Positions 30,789 through 39,165 of a stretch of 64,000 bases of DNA are shown here, piece by piece. The notes under the pieces were generated by a model, which was not told where the DNA came from, ran no database searches, and saw only the letters and a list, made by a program, of their open reading frames with translations. The stretch's first letter is position 1. Every line of letters begins with the position of its first letter. A program made the translations under genes and the position numbers. Origin of the DNA: an uncultured bacterium (GTDB taxonomy: Bacteria; Zixibacteria; MSB-5A5; UBA10806); assembly GCA_965541585.1 (NCBI GenBank), contig CBEUCH010000006.1:64001-128000 (forward strand). Direction: 5' to 3'.

Positions 30789-30863
30789 TATTTCTAAAAC
30801 ATTCCCGGGGGGATGGGAAAACTTGTTTTTCAAAAAGAGCCTATTGTCCAGTATTGTCAAGGA
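30789..30863. repeat. 75-bp direct repeat, copy 2
   Basis: Matches 27465-27539. Confidence 0.9.
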
Positions 30864-31070
30864 CTTTTTTGCGGAATTTCAGTTACTGTCGCTTTAACCG
30901 CATACTCATCCCCCATTGGTCAGCCTCAAAAAGGTCAGACATGATGAATGGAGGGTTTGCGGAAACAAATAGGTCTCTGCGGAAAATTATCAATCAGGCC
31001 CTGATTGGTACGGAGGGTATTGATGGTGAACACAACAAAAAAATCCGACTTTCGTCAGGCTTGAAATCAA

Positions 31071-31113
31071 TGGCGGGGCCGAATCCCGCTTTTAGGGGGA
31101 GAACTTTCGACCT
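31071..31113 (-). pseudogene. Degenerate tRNA-Asp 3' fragment with palindrome insertion and CCA end
   Basis: Minus strand GAGGTCGAAAGTTC-[TCCCCCTAAAAGCGGGA]-TTCGGCCCCGCCA versus intact GAGGTCGAGAGTTC-GAGTCTC-TTCGGCCCCG. Confidence 0.75.
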
Positions 31114-31130
31114 CAAAAGCCTAAAAAAAG

Positions 31131-31205
31131 CGGGGCCGAAGAGACTCGAACTCTCGACCTCCTGCGTGACAGGCAGGCGTTCTAACCAAACTGAACTACG
31201 ACCCC
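31131..31205 (-). tRNA. tRNA-Asp(GTC)
   Basis: Cloverleaf: acceptor GGGGTCG/CGGCCCC, anticodon arm CCTGC-CTGTCAC-GCAGG, T-loop TTCGAGT; CCA not encoded. Confidence 0.97.
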
Positions 31206-31215
31206 GTAAATTATT

Positions 31216-31479
31216 CTATTTTAAACGATCAACTTTTCTATCTATTAATCCCTTTATCCTATCTTTATTCTTCCATTTTTTTAACTTTTTTTCTCGGACC
31301 GTTGCTTCGGATCGACTCCCGAACTCTTCAACATATACTATTTCCCACGGTCTACAATATCTCGTCGATTTTGAACGTCCCTCATTATGCCGTCTGATTC
31401 GATCCTCAAGATCAGCCGTTGTACCGACGTAAAACCGTTCATTAATCTTACTCTTTAGAATATAAAGGTAACAAGCCAA
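31216..31479 (-). CDS. GIY-YIG nuclease family protein, copy 1 (87 aa, TTG start)
   Basis: YLYILKS....FYVGTT.DL..R..RHN.G.SKST...RPW..VY.E......A..RE..LK. Confidence 0.92.
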   Translation of the reverse strand: MACYLYILKSKINERFYVGTTADLEDRIRRHNEGRSKSTRYCRPWEIVYVEEFGSRSEATVREKKLKKWKNKDRIKGLIDRKVDRLK

Positions 31480-31574
31480 TTTACCTTTGTTATCCTCCTC
31501 AATAACTCGCGACCTTCCCGACCTTTTAGGTCGGGACGTTCTAACCAAACTGAACTACGACCCCGTAAATTATT

Positions 31575-31838
31575 CTATTTTAAACGATCAACTTTTCTAT
31601 CTATTAATCCCTTTATCCTATCTTTATTCTTCCATTTTTTTAACTTTTTTTCTCGGACCGTTGCTTCGGATCGACTCCCGAACTCTTCAACATATACTAT
31701 TTCCCACGGTCTACAATATCTCGTCGATTTTGAACGTCCCTCATTATGCCGTCTGATTCGATCCTCAAGATCAGCCGTTGTACCGACGTAAAACCGTTCA
31801 TTAATCTTACTCTTTAGAATATAAAGGTAACAAGCCAA
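31575..31838 (-). CDS. GIY-YIG nuclease family protein, copy 2
   Basis: Identical to copy 1. Confidence 0.92.
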   Translation of the reverse strand: MACYLYILKSKINERFYVGTTADLEDRIRRHNEGRSKSTRYCRPWEIVYVEEFGSRSEATVREKKLKKWKNKDRIKGLIDRKVDRLK

Positions 31839-31950
31839 TTTACCTTTGTTATCCTCCTCAATAACTCGCGACCTTCCCGACCTTTTAGGTCGGGACGTTC
31901 TAACCAAACTGAACTACGACCCCGTAAAAAAATCTATTCTGTTTTCAATC

Positions 31951-32025
31951 TGGGCAGTGCTGGATTCGAACCAGCGACCTTCTGCGTGTAAAGCAGACGT
32001 TCTAACCAAGCTGAACTAACTGCCC
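31951..32025 (-). tRNA. tRNA-Val(TAC)
   Basis: Acceptor GGGCAGT/ACTGCCC, anticodon arm TCTGC-TTTACAC-GCAGA, T-arm GCTGG-TTCGAAT-CCAGC. Confidence 0.97.
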
Positions 32026-32031
32026 GGCTTA

Positions 32032-32292
32032 TCAACCCTTTTTATCGGCGGCTACAGCGCCGCCTGAAGGCGATTCCTTTTCCTTTTTCCGCCCGGGCAG
32101 GAGTATCCCCAGGGGAATAGCGACGCAGTACCCCAGAACCAGCAGGATGGGAGCGATGGTGATATCGCCGACTCCCAGGAAGATGAAACCGACAATAATA
32201 AGAAACAAGCCGACCCCCAGGACGATATAGTTCGTCCTGCCAAAATCGATTCCCACTCTGGCGGAGCTTCTAGTTTTCGCCGATTGTGCCAT
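32032..32292 (-). CDS. DUF3098-like small membrane protein
   Basis: FGRTNY...G...II.GF...ITIAPILLVLGY pattern, two TM helices. Confidence 0.75.
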   Translation of the reverse strand: MAQSAKTRSSARVGIDFGRTNYIVLGVGLFLIIVGFIFLGVGDITIAPILLVLGYCVAIPLGILLPGRKKEKESPSGGAVAADKKG

Positions 32293-32438
32293 CTATCCCT
32301 TATACTCCCGGGTGATAAAACCGAACCACTCTCGGCCGGTTTCCTGTTATTATCCCCGGCCTGGAAACAAATTAAATTAAATCAAAATCCTTCAAAGTCA
32401 AGAACAATCTACGGAAGCGAATATTCGTCCGTCTAACC

Positions 32439-33827
32439 CTAATATGCGTTTGGGCTTCTGAGAATGCCCCTGATAGTTAAGAGAATTATCTTTATATCGA
32501 ATACCAATGACCAATTCTCGACATAATAGAGGTCATATTTTGTCCTCTCGGTAACCGATGTATCCCCGCGGAAGCCATTGACCTGGGCCCAGCCGGTCAC
32601 TCCGGATTTAACCTTGTGCCTTTGAAAATACCGGGGGATATCGTCTTTGAACTTCTCGACGTATCCCGGCTGCTCGGGCCTCGGCCCTACCAACGACATC
32701 TGCCCGACGAATACGTTGAAAAGTTGCGGTAACTCATCGAGGCTGAACTTGCGTATGAATCTCCCCACCCGTGTGCGGCGGGGATCGTCCTTGACGGTCC
32801 ACCCTGTGTCGTTGGCATTGTTCTGGTTGTGAGCCATGGAGCGGAATTTCAGCATGTTGAATTCCAGCCCGTTGCGGCCGACCCGCCGTTGTTTGAAGAG
32901 AATCGGCCCTCTGGAATCGAGTTTTACCGCTATTCCGATAGCAGCCATCAGCGGAGAAAAAAGAACGATCGCCAGGCCCGAAAAGGCGAAATCAAACAAC
33001 CGCTTTACCAGACGCGCATAACCCTCGATAGGCGTTCGTCCCCAGCGCACAACCGGAATCCCCTCTATCTGGCCCGCCTCAGAGTTAAACGTCATGATGC
33101 CCATGACATCGGGCGAGGTCATATATTCGGTTTTCAGATTATCGCTTTTCATCACGAACTCTGCAATGAAATCGCGATTATCGGAAGGAAGGTTAAATAC
33201 GATTAAATCGATCGGCTGCGATCTTACGATCTCCTCTAACTCGTCGATCCTCCCCAGACAGGGAAACTGTATTTCCTGGTCGCAGACGAACCCGATGGGC
33301 TTAATACCCCAGGCCGGTTGAGCTCTAAGTTTTTCAAATAACAAGAATCCATTTCTATCGTTGCCGACGAATACCGCCCTTTTTGTGCCGAGACCACGTC
33401 GAAGCAAGGCAAGCTCGAAACGATAAACGATTTCTCTCTGCAGGTATATAATTACCATCCCCAGGATCCAGCCGAAACCCATAACCAGCCGAGAAAAGCT
33501 CTCGCCACGATAGAAAAAGGTGGTGGCGATTAATATTATGGCTCCCGAACTTACGCCCCGCATTGTCTCCCAGAAGCGATCGAAAGACGACGGGGGACGG
33601 CTTCGGTAATGTCCCATCAGACCGAAGATAAAAATCCAGACAATACTTACGAAAATGATCGCCTGTAGGTAGAGGCCAAGCTCCGGTGTACCTTTGGTAA
33701 TCGGAAAGACTCTGGTGGCCGCGGAATAAAACCTGATCTGGTAAGCAAGGTAAAAACTCACAAGGATACCCAGCATATCTCCGAGTATGAAGATTACCGG
33801 CAAGATATATCGAATCTTGGTACTCAA
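32439..33827 (-). CDS. wcaJ: Undecaprenyl-phosphate glucose phosphotransferase (WcaJ-like priming glycosyltransferase)
   Basis: KRLFD, KFRSM, DPRRTRVG, SLDELPQL, MSLVGPRPE, GVTGWAQVNG, DLYYVENWS. Confidence 0.92.
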   Translation of the reverse strand: MSTKIRYILPVIFILGDMLGILVSFYLAYQIRFYSAATRVFPITKGTPELGLYLQAIIFVSIVWIFIFGLMGHYRSRPPSSFDRFWETMRGVSSGAIILIATTFFYRGESFSRLVMGFGWILGMVIIYLQREIVYRFELALLRRGLGTKRAVFVGNDRNGFLLFEKLRAQPAWGIKPIGFVCDQEIQFPCLGRIDELEEIVRSQPIDLIVFNLPSDNRDFIAEFVMKSDNLKTEYMTSPDVMGIMTFNSEAGQIEGIPVVRWGRTPIEGYARLVKRLFDFAFSGLAIVLFSPLMAAIGIAVKLDSRGPILFKQRRVGRNGLEFNMLKFRSMAHNQNNANDTGWTVKDDPRRTRVGRFIRKFSLDELPQLFNVFVGQMSLVGPRPEQPGYVEKFKDDIPRYFQRHKVKSGVTGWAQVNGFRGDTSVTERTKYDLYYVENWSLVFDIKIILLTIRGILRSPNAY

Positions 33828-34993
33828 TTTACAAGGCGCTCCTCAAGCTTGACTTTTCCCTGCTTCCTGAAAAGACTTACGGCCTCATTCAACAATTCAT
33901 TCATCTGACAAAAAAAATTCTCTTTTGAGAATCTGGTAGCGTGTTTGCGAATCTCCTCGGAATCGAAGCTTAGATTTGAGAAAACTCTCAGTGCCTTCGT
34001 GACATCCTCGGCTGATTGGTTCCTGAAGAAAAGACCGGACTTAAATCCGTCGAACCGGTCAATTTCATCGACGAACGGCCCGATGACCGTATCTTTGATG
34101 CCTCCCTCGGCGTAGGCTATGACGGGCTTGCCGCAAGATTGAGCCTCCACTGGTATTATCCCGAAATCCTCGACGCCGGGAAAAATCAGCGCTCTGCAGC
34201 CGCGGTAGTAATCTCTTAATGTTTCCCTGTCGATCCACCCGGTGAACTCAACGTTCTTCGATGCCATGTTAGCCAGCCGAATCAATTCAGGACCGTCGCC
34301 TGTTACGATGAGTTTTTCCTCAAGCCCTTTGAAAGCTTCAATAACTATATCTCCTTTCTTATAAGGGACCATAGCCCCTGCAAGGAGAAAATAACCTCGC
34401 CGACCGGAAGGACCGGGAGTATAAAAATCCGTATCCACGGGCGGAAATATCACCTTCGACGGCCGTTGGTAATATTCCTTTATTCTCTTACGAACAAAAT
34501 TGGAATCCGCGATAAAAAGATCAACTCTGTGGGAACTATTTCTATCCCATGTGCGTAATCGCTTCGCCATATAAGAAATAAATCGATATTTGATAGGATT
34601 TATCCTGTCTTTCCTGAAATAATCATCAAACCTGTCCCAGACGTAGCGCATTGGAGAAAAACAGTAACAGATATGAAGCGTGTTCTCGCCGGTAACGGCT
34701 CCTTTGGCTACACAATGCGAACTCGAAATAACAAGATCCGTATCTTCGAAGTTAAACCTCTCGATTGCTTTTGGGAAAAAGGGAAGATAGTGCCGGTAGT
34801 GTTTTTTTCTCATGGGCAGGTTTTGAATGAATGATGTTCTAATTTCATGTTTTCTGATATCAGCCGCGATCGTCTCCGGATCATAAAAGAGTGTATAGAT
34901 TTTCGAGCGCGGGAAAATTGAGGCGATTGCCTGCAGAACCTTTTCTCCACCACGCATACCGTTGAGCCAATCATGAACCAGGGCTACTTTCAT
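33824..34993 (-). CDS. GT4 glycosyltransferase
   Basis: HDWL...RGGE, EDFGIIPVEAQSCG. Confidence 0.92.
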   Translation of the reverse strand: MKVALVHDWLNGMRGGEKVLQAIASIFPRSKIYTLFYDPETIAADIRKHEIRTSFIQNLPMRKKHYRHYLPFFPKAIERFNFEDTDLVISSSHCVAKGAVTGENTLHICYCFSPMRYVWDRFDDYFRKDRINPIKYRFISYMAKRLRTWDRNSSHRVDLFIADSNFVRKRIKEYYQRPSKVIFPPVDTDFYTPGPSGRRGYFLLAGAMVPYKKGDIVIEAFKGLEEKLIVTGDGPELIRLANMASKNVEFTGWIDRETLRDYYRGCRALIFPGVEDFGIIPVEAQSCGKPVIAYAEGGIKDTVIGPFVDEIDRFDGFKSGLFFRNQSAEDVTKALRVFSNLSFDSEEIRKHATRFSKENFFCQMNELLNEAVSLFRKQGKVKLEERLVN

Positions 34994-36078
34994 CTGCACG
35001 ATACCTCTTCGAAAATCTCAAAGACAGCGCGACCGACTCTATCCCAGTTGAAGATTCGAGCCCTCTCAAATCCGGACTTTTTTAACCTATCACGAGTTTG
35101 TTCATTTTGCCAGCATTCTTCAACTTTTGCCAGCATATCGGGAATATCTTCCGGGAAAAACATGAGGGCTGAATCACCCACGACTTCAGGCAAAGAGGCT
35201 CTATTGGAGCAGGCCACGGGAAGCCCGGAGGCCATGGCCTCCAGAGGAGGCAATCCGAATCCTTCGTAAAATGATGGGAATACAAACACCCGGGCGCTGT
35301 TATAAAGCAAGGCCAGCTCAAGATGGGTGTCAACTTCAACAATACTTAACATATTCTTATGATTAACAACAGGCATGATCTTGTTACGAAAGATCTTTAC
35401 ATCCCCGGAGGCAATGACAACGGGATATTTGAGCCTGTTAACAATCTCCGCCAATGCTAACGGGTTTTTATGCCGCTTTAAGGCCCCGGCGTAAAGAACG
35501 AACTCATCGGGCAGCGATCTTTCTCTTTTGAATTGCGAAACCCGGTCATGAGGATATGGTTTGAACAAGTCCGTATCAACCCCCGGGTTGATTTTCTGAA
35601 CCTTATCCGACCAGTCCGGGAAAAGCGCTTGAATATCTCGTTTCGAGTGATCGGAAACGGTGAGGACTGCCGAACATTTCTTCCCCGTGTGGTTGACGAT
35701 AGAGCGGGCGTATAGTCTTCCGGCAAATCCGAACCTGACCGGCAGGCGAAGATGTATGAGATCATGGATCGTAGCCACCGACGGGCAATGAAGGTTGAAT
35801 GGCAGGGTATAATGTGGGGTGAAGAACAGGTCGGCGTGAATTTGAGCAACAGGTTTTCTAAAGGAGAACAGTTCAGACAGGGAGTATCCGGGATAATCAT
35901 GATAGATTATCCGGGCGAAATCAGATGGAAAATTCAGAAGTTTTTCGTCACCGGGGCGGCAGAAGAGGACAAATTTCGCATCCACACTTAGCCTGTGCCA
36001 GCTTAGAAGAAGATTGCGCAGATAGGTTCCGATTCCACCATCTCTTATCTTGCGGCAATCAATTGCGACTTTTAGCAT
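34990..36078 (-). CDS. GT4 glycosyltransferase (mannosyltransferase-like)
   Basis: TIHDL, EGFGLPPLEAMASG. Confidence 0.92.
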   Translation of the reverse strand: MLKVAIDCRKIRDGGIGTYLRNLLLSWHRLSVDAKFVLFCRPGDEKLLNFPSDFARIIYHDYPGYSLSELFSFRKPVAQIHADLFFTPHYTLPFNLHCPSVATIHDLIHLRLPVRFGFAGRLYARSIVNHTGKKCSAVLTVSDHSKRDIQALFPDWSDKVQKINPGVDTDLFKPYPHDRVSQFKRERSLPDEFVLYAGALKRHKNPLALAEIVNRLKYPVVIASGDVKIFRNKIMPVVNHKNMLSIVEVDTHLELALLYNSARVFVFPSFYEGFGLPPLEAMASGLPVACSNRASLPEVVGDSALMFFPEDIPDMLAKVEECWQNEQTRDRLKKSGFERARIFNWDRVGRAVFEIFEEVSCR

Positions 36079-36081
36079 CGC

Positions 36082-37290
36082 TTAACGCTTTTTCCCGGCG
36101 TGATCCCCGCCGCAAATCTGTTTATAAACCTGCATAAATTCATCCGTGATCTTAGCGGCGCCGAATTCTTCAGCCGCCGCCAGGCAACCGTCAAACATCC
36201 GGCCCGACAGATCCCGGTCATTTACAAATTGCATTATCCTGCTCTCGAGGTCGCCGTCAATAGATGGATCGAATATCAAGCCCGTCTTATTATCATCGAT
36301 CATTTCCCGGGCCCCTCCCCTGCAGGTGGCGATTACCGGCAGGCCGTGCGAATAGGATTCTATCAGCACCCTCGGAAAAGCATCGTCGCACAGGGATGGA
36401 ATAATGACAACGTCGAGATCGTCATATATCTCATCGGGGTTTTTCAATCCCATAAATTCGATATTTTCACCCTTGTATCCGTCGACGAGATATTTCTCAT
36501 ACGAGGGCGTTATGCCCTGGCCGAAGATTTTTAGCCTGGCGTCGCCTGATCCCATCTTCGTAAATCTCTTAAGAAGATATTCTATACCTTTAATGGGGGC
36601 AAGCATTCCGACTAATCCGAAAGCGATACGGCTCCTTTCGCGAGTCGATCTGCCGGGTCTGGAATTCGAAAACGATGCGCTATAGATATGAGTCTTTATT
36701 TTTGAAGTTTTAAAATATCCGAAGTTCAGGTGTTTATCCAGTATGAACCTGCTGACGCCAACGGCCGCATCGACATAAGCGGACATTCTTTTTCTCGGTA
36801 TGGAATAAAATCTGCATCTCAAACATTGGCGTATGCATCTCCTATCCCGTCGGTACATGACAGAATTTGGACAGAGCAGGTAGTGATCCCTGATAGTGTG
36901 AACGATAGGCAACTCGAATTTCGCCGCCACCTTCCAGGCAAACACCGAAAAGCCGGCGAGATTGTTGGTGTGAAAAATGTCGGGCTTTTCCAATTCGATA
37001 ATCCTGGAGAGACGCCTGGCAACAAGCGGATTATACGAATCCAGAAGATGCCAGAACGGTTTCTTTATTGTTGGCTGGCTTTTCGCGGTGCGTGTCCAGT
37101 ACAGGTTTGAAATTTTAAGATAGTGAACATTGATTCCATCCAACCGGTCGACAGAGTCACGATCGGCCGTAGAAACGATTACCGGCTCCATTCCTTTGTC
37201 TCTTAAACCGGCCGCCAGGATCTCAACGGATCTTTCGGCTCCACCTATAGCGTGCGGGCGATACAATGAATTGAGGATTAAAACCTTCAT
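36082..37290 (-). CDS. GT4 glycosyltransferase
   Basis: GGAERS, KG motif, DAFPRVLIES..G.PVI. Confidence 0.9.
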   Translation of the reverse strand: MKVLILNSLYRPHAIGGAERSVEILAAGLRDKGMEPVIVSTADRDSVDRLDGINVHYLKISNLYWTRTAKSQPTIKKPFWHLLDSYNPLVARRLSRIIELEKPDIFHTNNLAGFSVFAWKVAAKFELPIVHTIRDHYLLCPNSVMYRRDRRCIRQCLRCRFYSIPRKRMSAYVDAAVGVSRFILDKHLNFGYFKTSKIKTHIYSASFSNSRPGRSTRERSRIAFGLVGMLAPIKGIEYLLKRFTKMGSGDARLKIFGQGITPSYEKYLVDGYKGENIEFMGLKNPDEIYDDLDVVIIPSLCDDAFPRVLIESYSHGLPVIATCRGGAREMIDDNKTGLIFDPSIDGDLESRIMQFVNDRDLSGRMFDGCLAAAEEFGAAKITDEFMQVYKQICGGDHAGKKR

Positions 37291-37974
37291 CTATCGTTTT
37301 CTCGAGGTTACCTTAACCATTTTAACATTCAACCTGCCCCAGTCCTGATCGAAAGAATCGACTATATTAATAAACTCCACGTCAAATGAAGTTCTGTCAA
37401 GAGCGTCGATTACATAGTTGCATCCAAATCGATCGGTAAGATTCGGGCAATCCACATAGTAATCGTCGAAAATGACAATGGTATTTTCCGAAAGCAAATT
37501 TCGGACATTTTCCCAATCGGAAGATATCGTCTCGATGGAATGTCCACCGTCCACGAATACCAGACCTATAGGCGAATAATCATCCTTTGTCGAGATAAAA
37601 TCAGGCAGGGTTTCCTCGGAGAAACCCCTGTATAAGAACACCCTGGCGCCGGTTTGTTCAATCTTATGACGGACGGCGCTCATCGTATCCGGCCTCTTGG
37701 AAAGCTGACTTTTAAATATCTCGTCATTCATCTCCTCGAACAGGTCAAAGCCAAAATATGTTATATCTCTCGGTTGATTATAAACGCCGGCAGTTCTTAT
37801 CATCTCCACCGCCCGCCGGCCTGTATAGACACCTATTTCCAATATGGTCTTGATCCTGTTTTTATATACGATATCGAGCAATGTCCGATATCGTCTGGTC
37901 GAGGATAAGGGATAAATCACCTTCGCCCGGGCAATATAATTCATATAATTCATAAATTTGTTTGATTGCATCAA
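37291..37974 (-). CDS. Class I SAM-dependent methyltransferase (Methyltransf_24-like) in the polysaccharide locus
   Basis: LEIGVYTG, GFDLF, FVDGGH, IFDDY. Confidence 0.85.
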   Translation of the reverse strand: MMQSNKFMNYMNYIARAKVIYPLSSTRRYRTLLDIVYKNRIKTILEIGVYTGRRAVEMIRTAGVYNQPRDITYFGFDLFEEMNDEIFKSQLSKRPDTMSAVRHKIEQTGARVFLYRGFSEETLPDFISTKDDYSPIGLVFVDGGHSIETISSDWENVRNLLSENTIVIFDDYYVDCPNLTDRFGCNYVIDALDRTSFDVEFINIVDSFDQDWGRLNVKMVKVTSRKR

Positions 37975-38013
37975 TCGCTCCGCCTGACAGGCTACCTCAT
38001 CTCGTAATTCGAT

Positions 38014-39159
38014 CTAATCGATCGGGCCGTACGTCAATCTTGCGCATCTATCCCAGCTAAAACCGAGTGCGTGATTGCGGGCTTCGCTTCCCAGCGCAGC
38101 CTTATAATCCCGGTCCGTCAGGATTTTTGTTAACGCGGCCGCCAGGGCGTCGGCGTCTTCCGGCTTAATCAAAACTCCGGTTTTTTCATGAATGACAACC
38201 TCCGCTACTCCTCCGATCCGGCTGGCTATGCATGGCAATCCCGCCGCCGCGGCTTCCAGATAGGCAAGGCCATATCCCTCCACCTTTTCCGGATAGGACT
38301 CGCCGGGCATGCAAAATACAGTCGAGCCGGCATAAAGAGACGGCAGATCCTCGTGTTTAACCCTGCCGATAAATCTCAGATCGATAGCTGAAGTCTCCCC
38401 CAGCCGTTTCAACCCACCGGCATATGCCCCATCTCCAGCGGCCCCGGTGATAATATAGGTAGTTTTTGATTTAAGTTCAGGTTTCAATTTCGATATGGCT
38501 TTGATTACGGTCAAGTGACCCTTTCGCTCGTCAAGCCGCGAGACAGTCAGGACGACATGATTGTCCGCAGGAATCGAATAGAGTCGGCGGATGTCAAATT
38601 CGCGTTGTGACCCGGAAAACCTCTCGAAATCTACGCCGGGAGGCGTTACGGTAACGTCTTCAACTCTTATTTCTCTGTATTTGTCAAGCAGAAGGTTTTT
38701 CGTAAATTCGCTGATAGCGAATATGCTGCTCGGGATTTTGAACATATTATCGACACCAAGAAACCTCATCTGCTTTGAATTGTGAGCCAGGAGTATTTCC
38801 GTGCCGTACACGGTCGCCACAAACCGGATTTCTTTAAACCTGTTGAGAAATGCCAGGGCCATAATATGAGGCCAGTCCACGGCATGGATTAGATCATACA
38901 TCGACAGATCTGCCCTACGGTATGTCCTCCATACAAGCCCGGGCAGCCTTCTATAAGAGTAGTCGCCCGCACCGAATCGAATGACCTTGAAAGGATATCT
39001 TCTTTTATCGTCTTCTGAGTGATCGCGGGGTGAACCGGGAGCCAGGACAGTGATCCGGTGACCAATTTTAGACGCGGCTGCAGCGAGATTGGCAGCATAG
39101 GTTGCGATCCCCCCAGTAACAGGCGGAAATTCATACGTTAGTATCAGGATCTTCTTCAT
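38014..39159 (-). CDS. GT4 glycosyltransferase
   Basis: EFPP..GG, RL..RKG, EGYGLAYLEA. Confidence 0.92.
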   Translation of the reverse strand: MKKILILTYEFPPVTGGIATYAANLAAAASKIGHRITVLAPGSPRDHSEDDKRRYPFKVIRFGAGDYSYRRLPGLVWRTYRRADLSMYDLIHAVDWPHIMALAFLNRFKEIRFVATVYGTEILLAHNSKQMRFLGVDNMFKIPSSIFAISEFTKNLLLDKYREIRVEDVTVTPPGVDFERFSGSQREFDIRRLYSIPADNHVVLTVSRLDERKGHLTVIKAISKLKPELKSKTTYIITGAAGDGAYAGGLKRLGETSAIDLRFIGRVKHEDLPSLYAGSTVFCMPGESYPEKVEGYGLAYLEAAAAGLPCIASRIGGVAEVVIHEKTGVLIKPEDADALAAALTKILTDRDYKAALGSEARNHALGFSWDRCARLTYGPID

Positions 39160-39165
39160 GATTTC

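Larger units (their letters stand above)
31178..31928 (-). mobile_element. Tandem 359-bp units (two full copies plus 33 bp) of pseudo-tRNA-Asp, palindrome and GIY-YIG gene
   Basis: 31178-31536 and 31537-31895 appear identical; third copy of CGTTCTAACCAAACTGAACTACGACCCCGTAAA at 31896-31928. Confidence 0.8.

Noticed and set aside
17100..31070. Integrase-driven genomic island or integron array downstream of tRNA-Asp
   Set aside because: No integrase; the tRNA 3' duplicate is immediately adjacent rather than at a distal boundary; no convincing attC sites seen
30854..31432. 192-aa plus-strand ORF
   Set aside because: Runs antisense through tRNA-Asp and the GIY-YIG gene; spurious
31480..31548. 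N-terminal extension MVRTSRPKRSGRSR... of the GIY-YIG ORFs
   Set aside because: It translates the pseudo-tRNA and palindrome; the family-like sequence begins at TTG 31479/31838
31178..31928. CRISPR-like array (33-bp repeat, three copies)
   Set aside because: The intervening 326-bp segments are identical and coding, the repeat is tRNA-derived, and there are no cas genes
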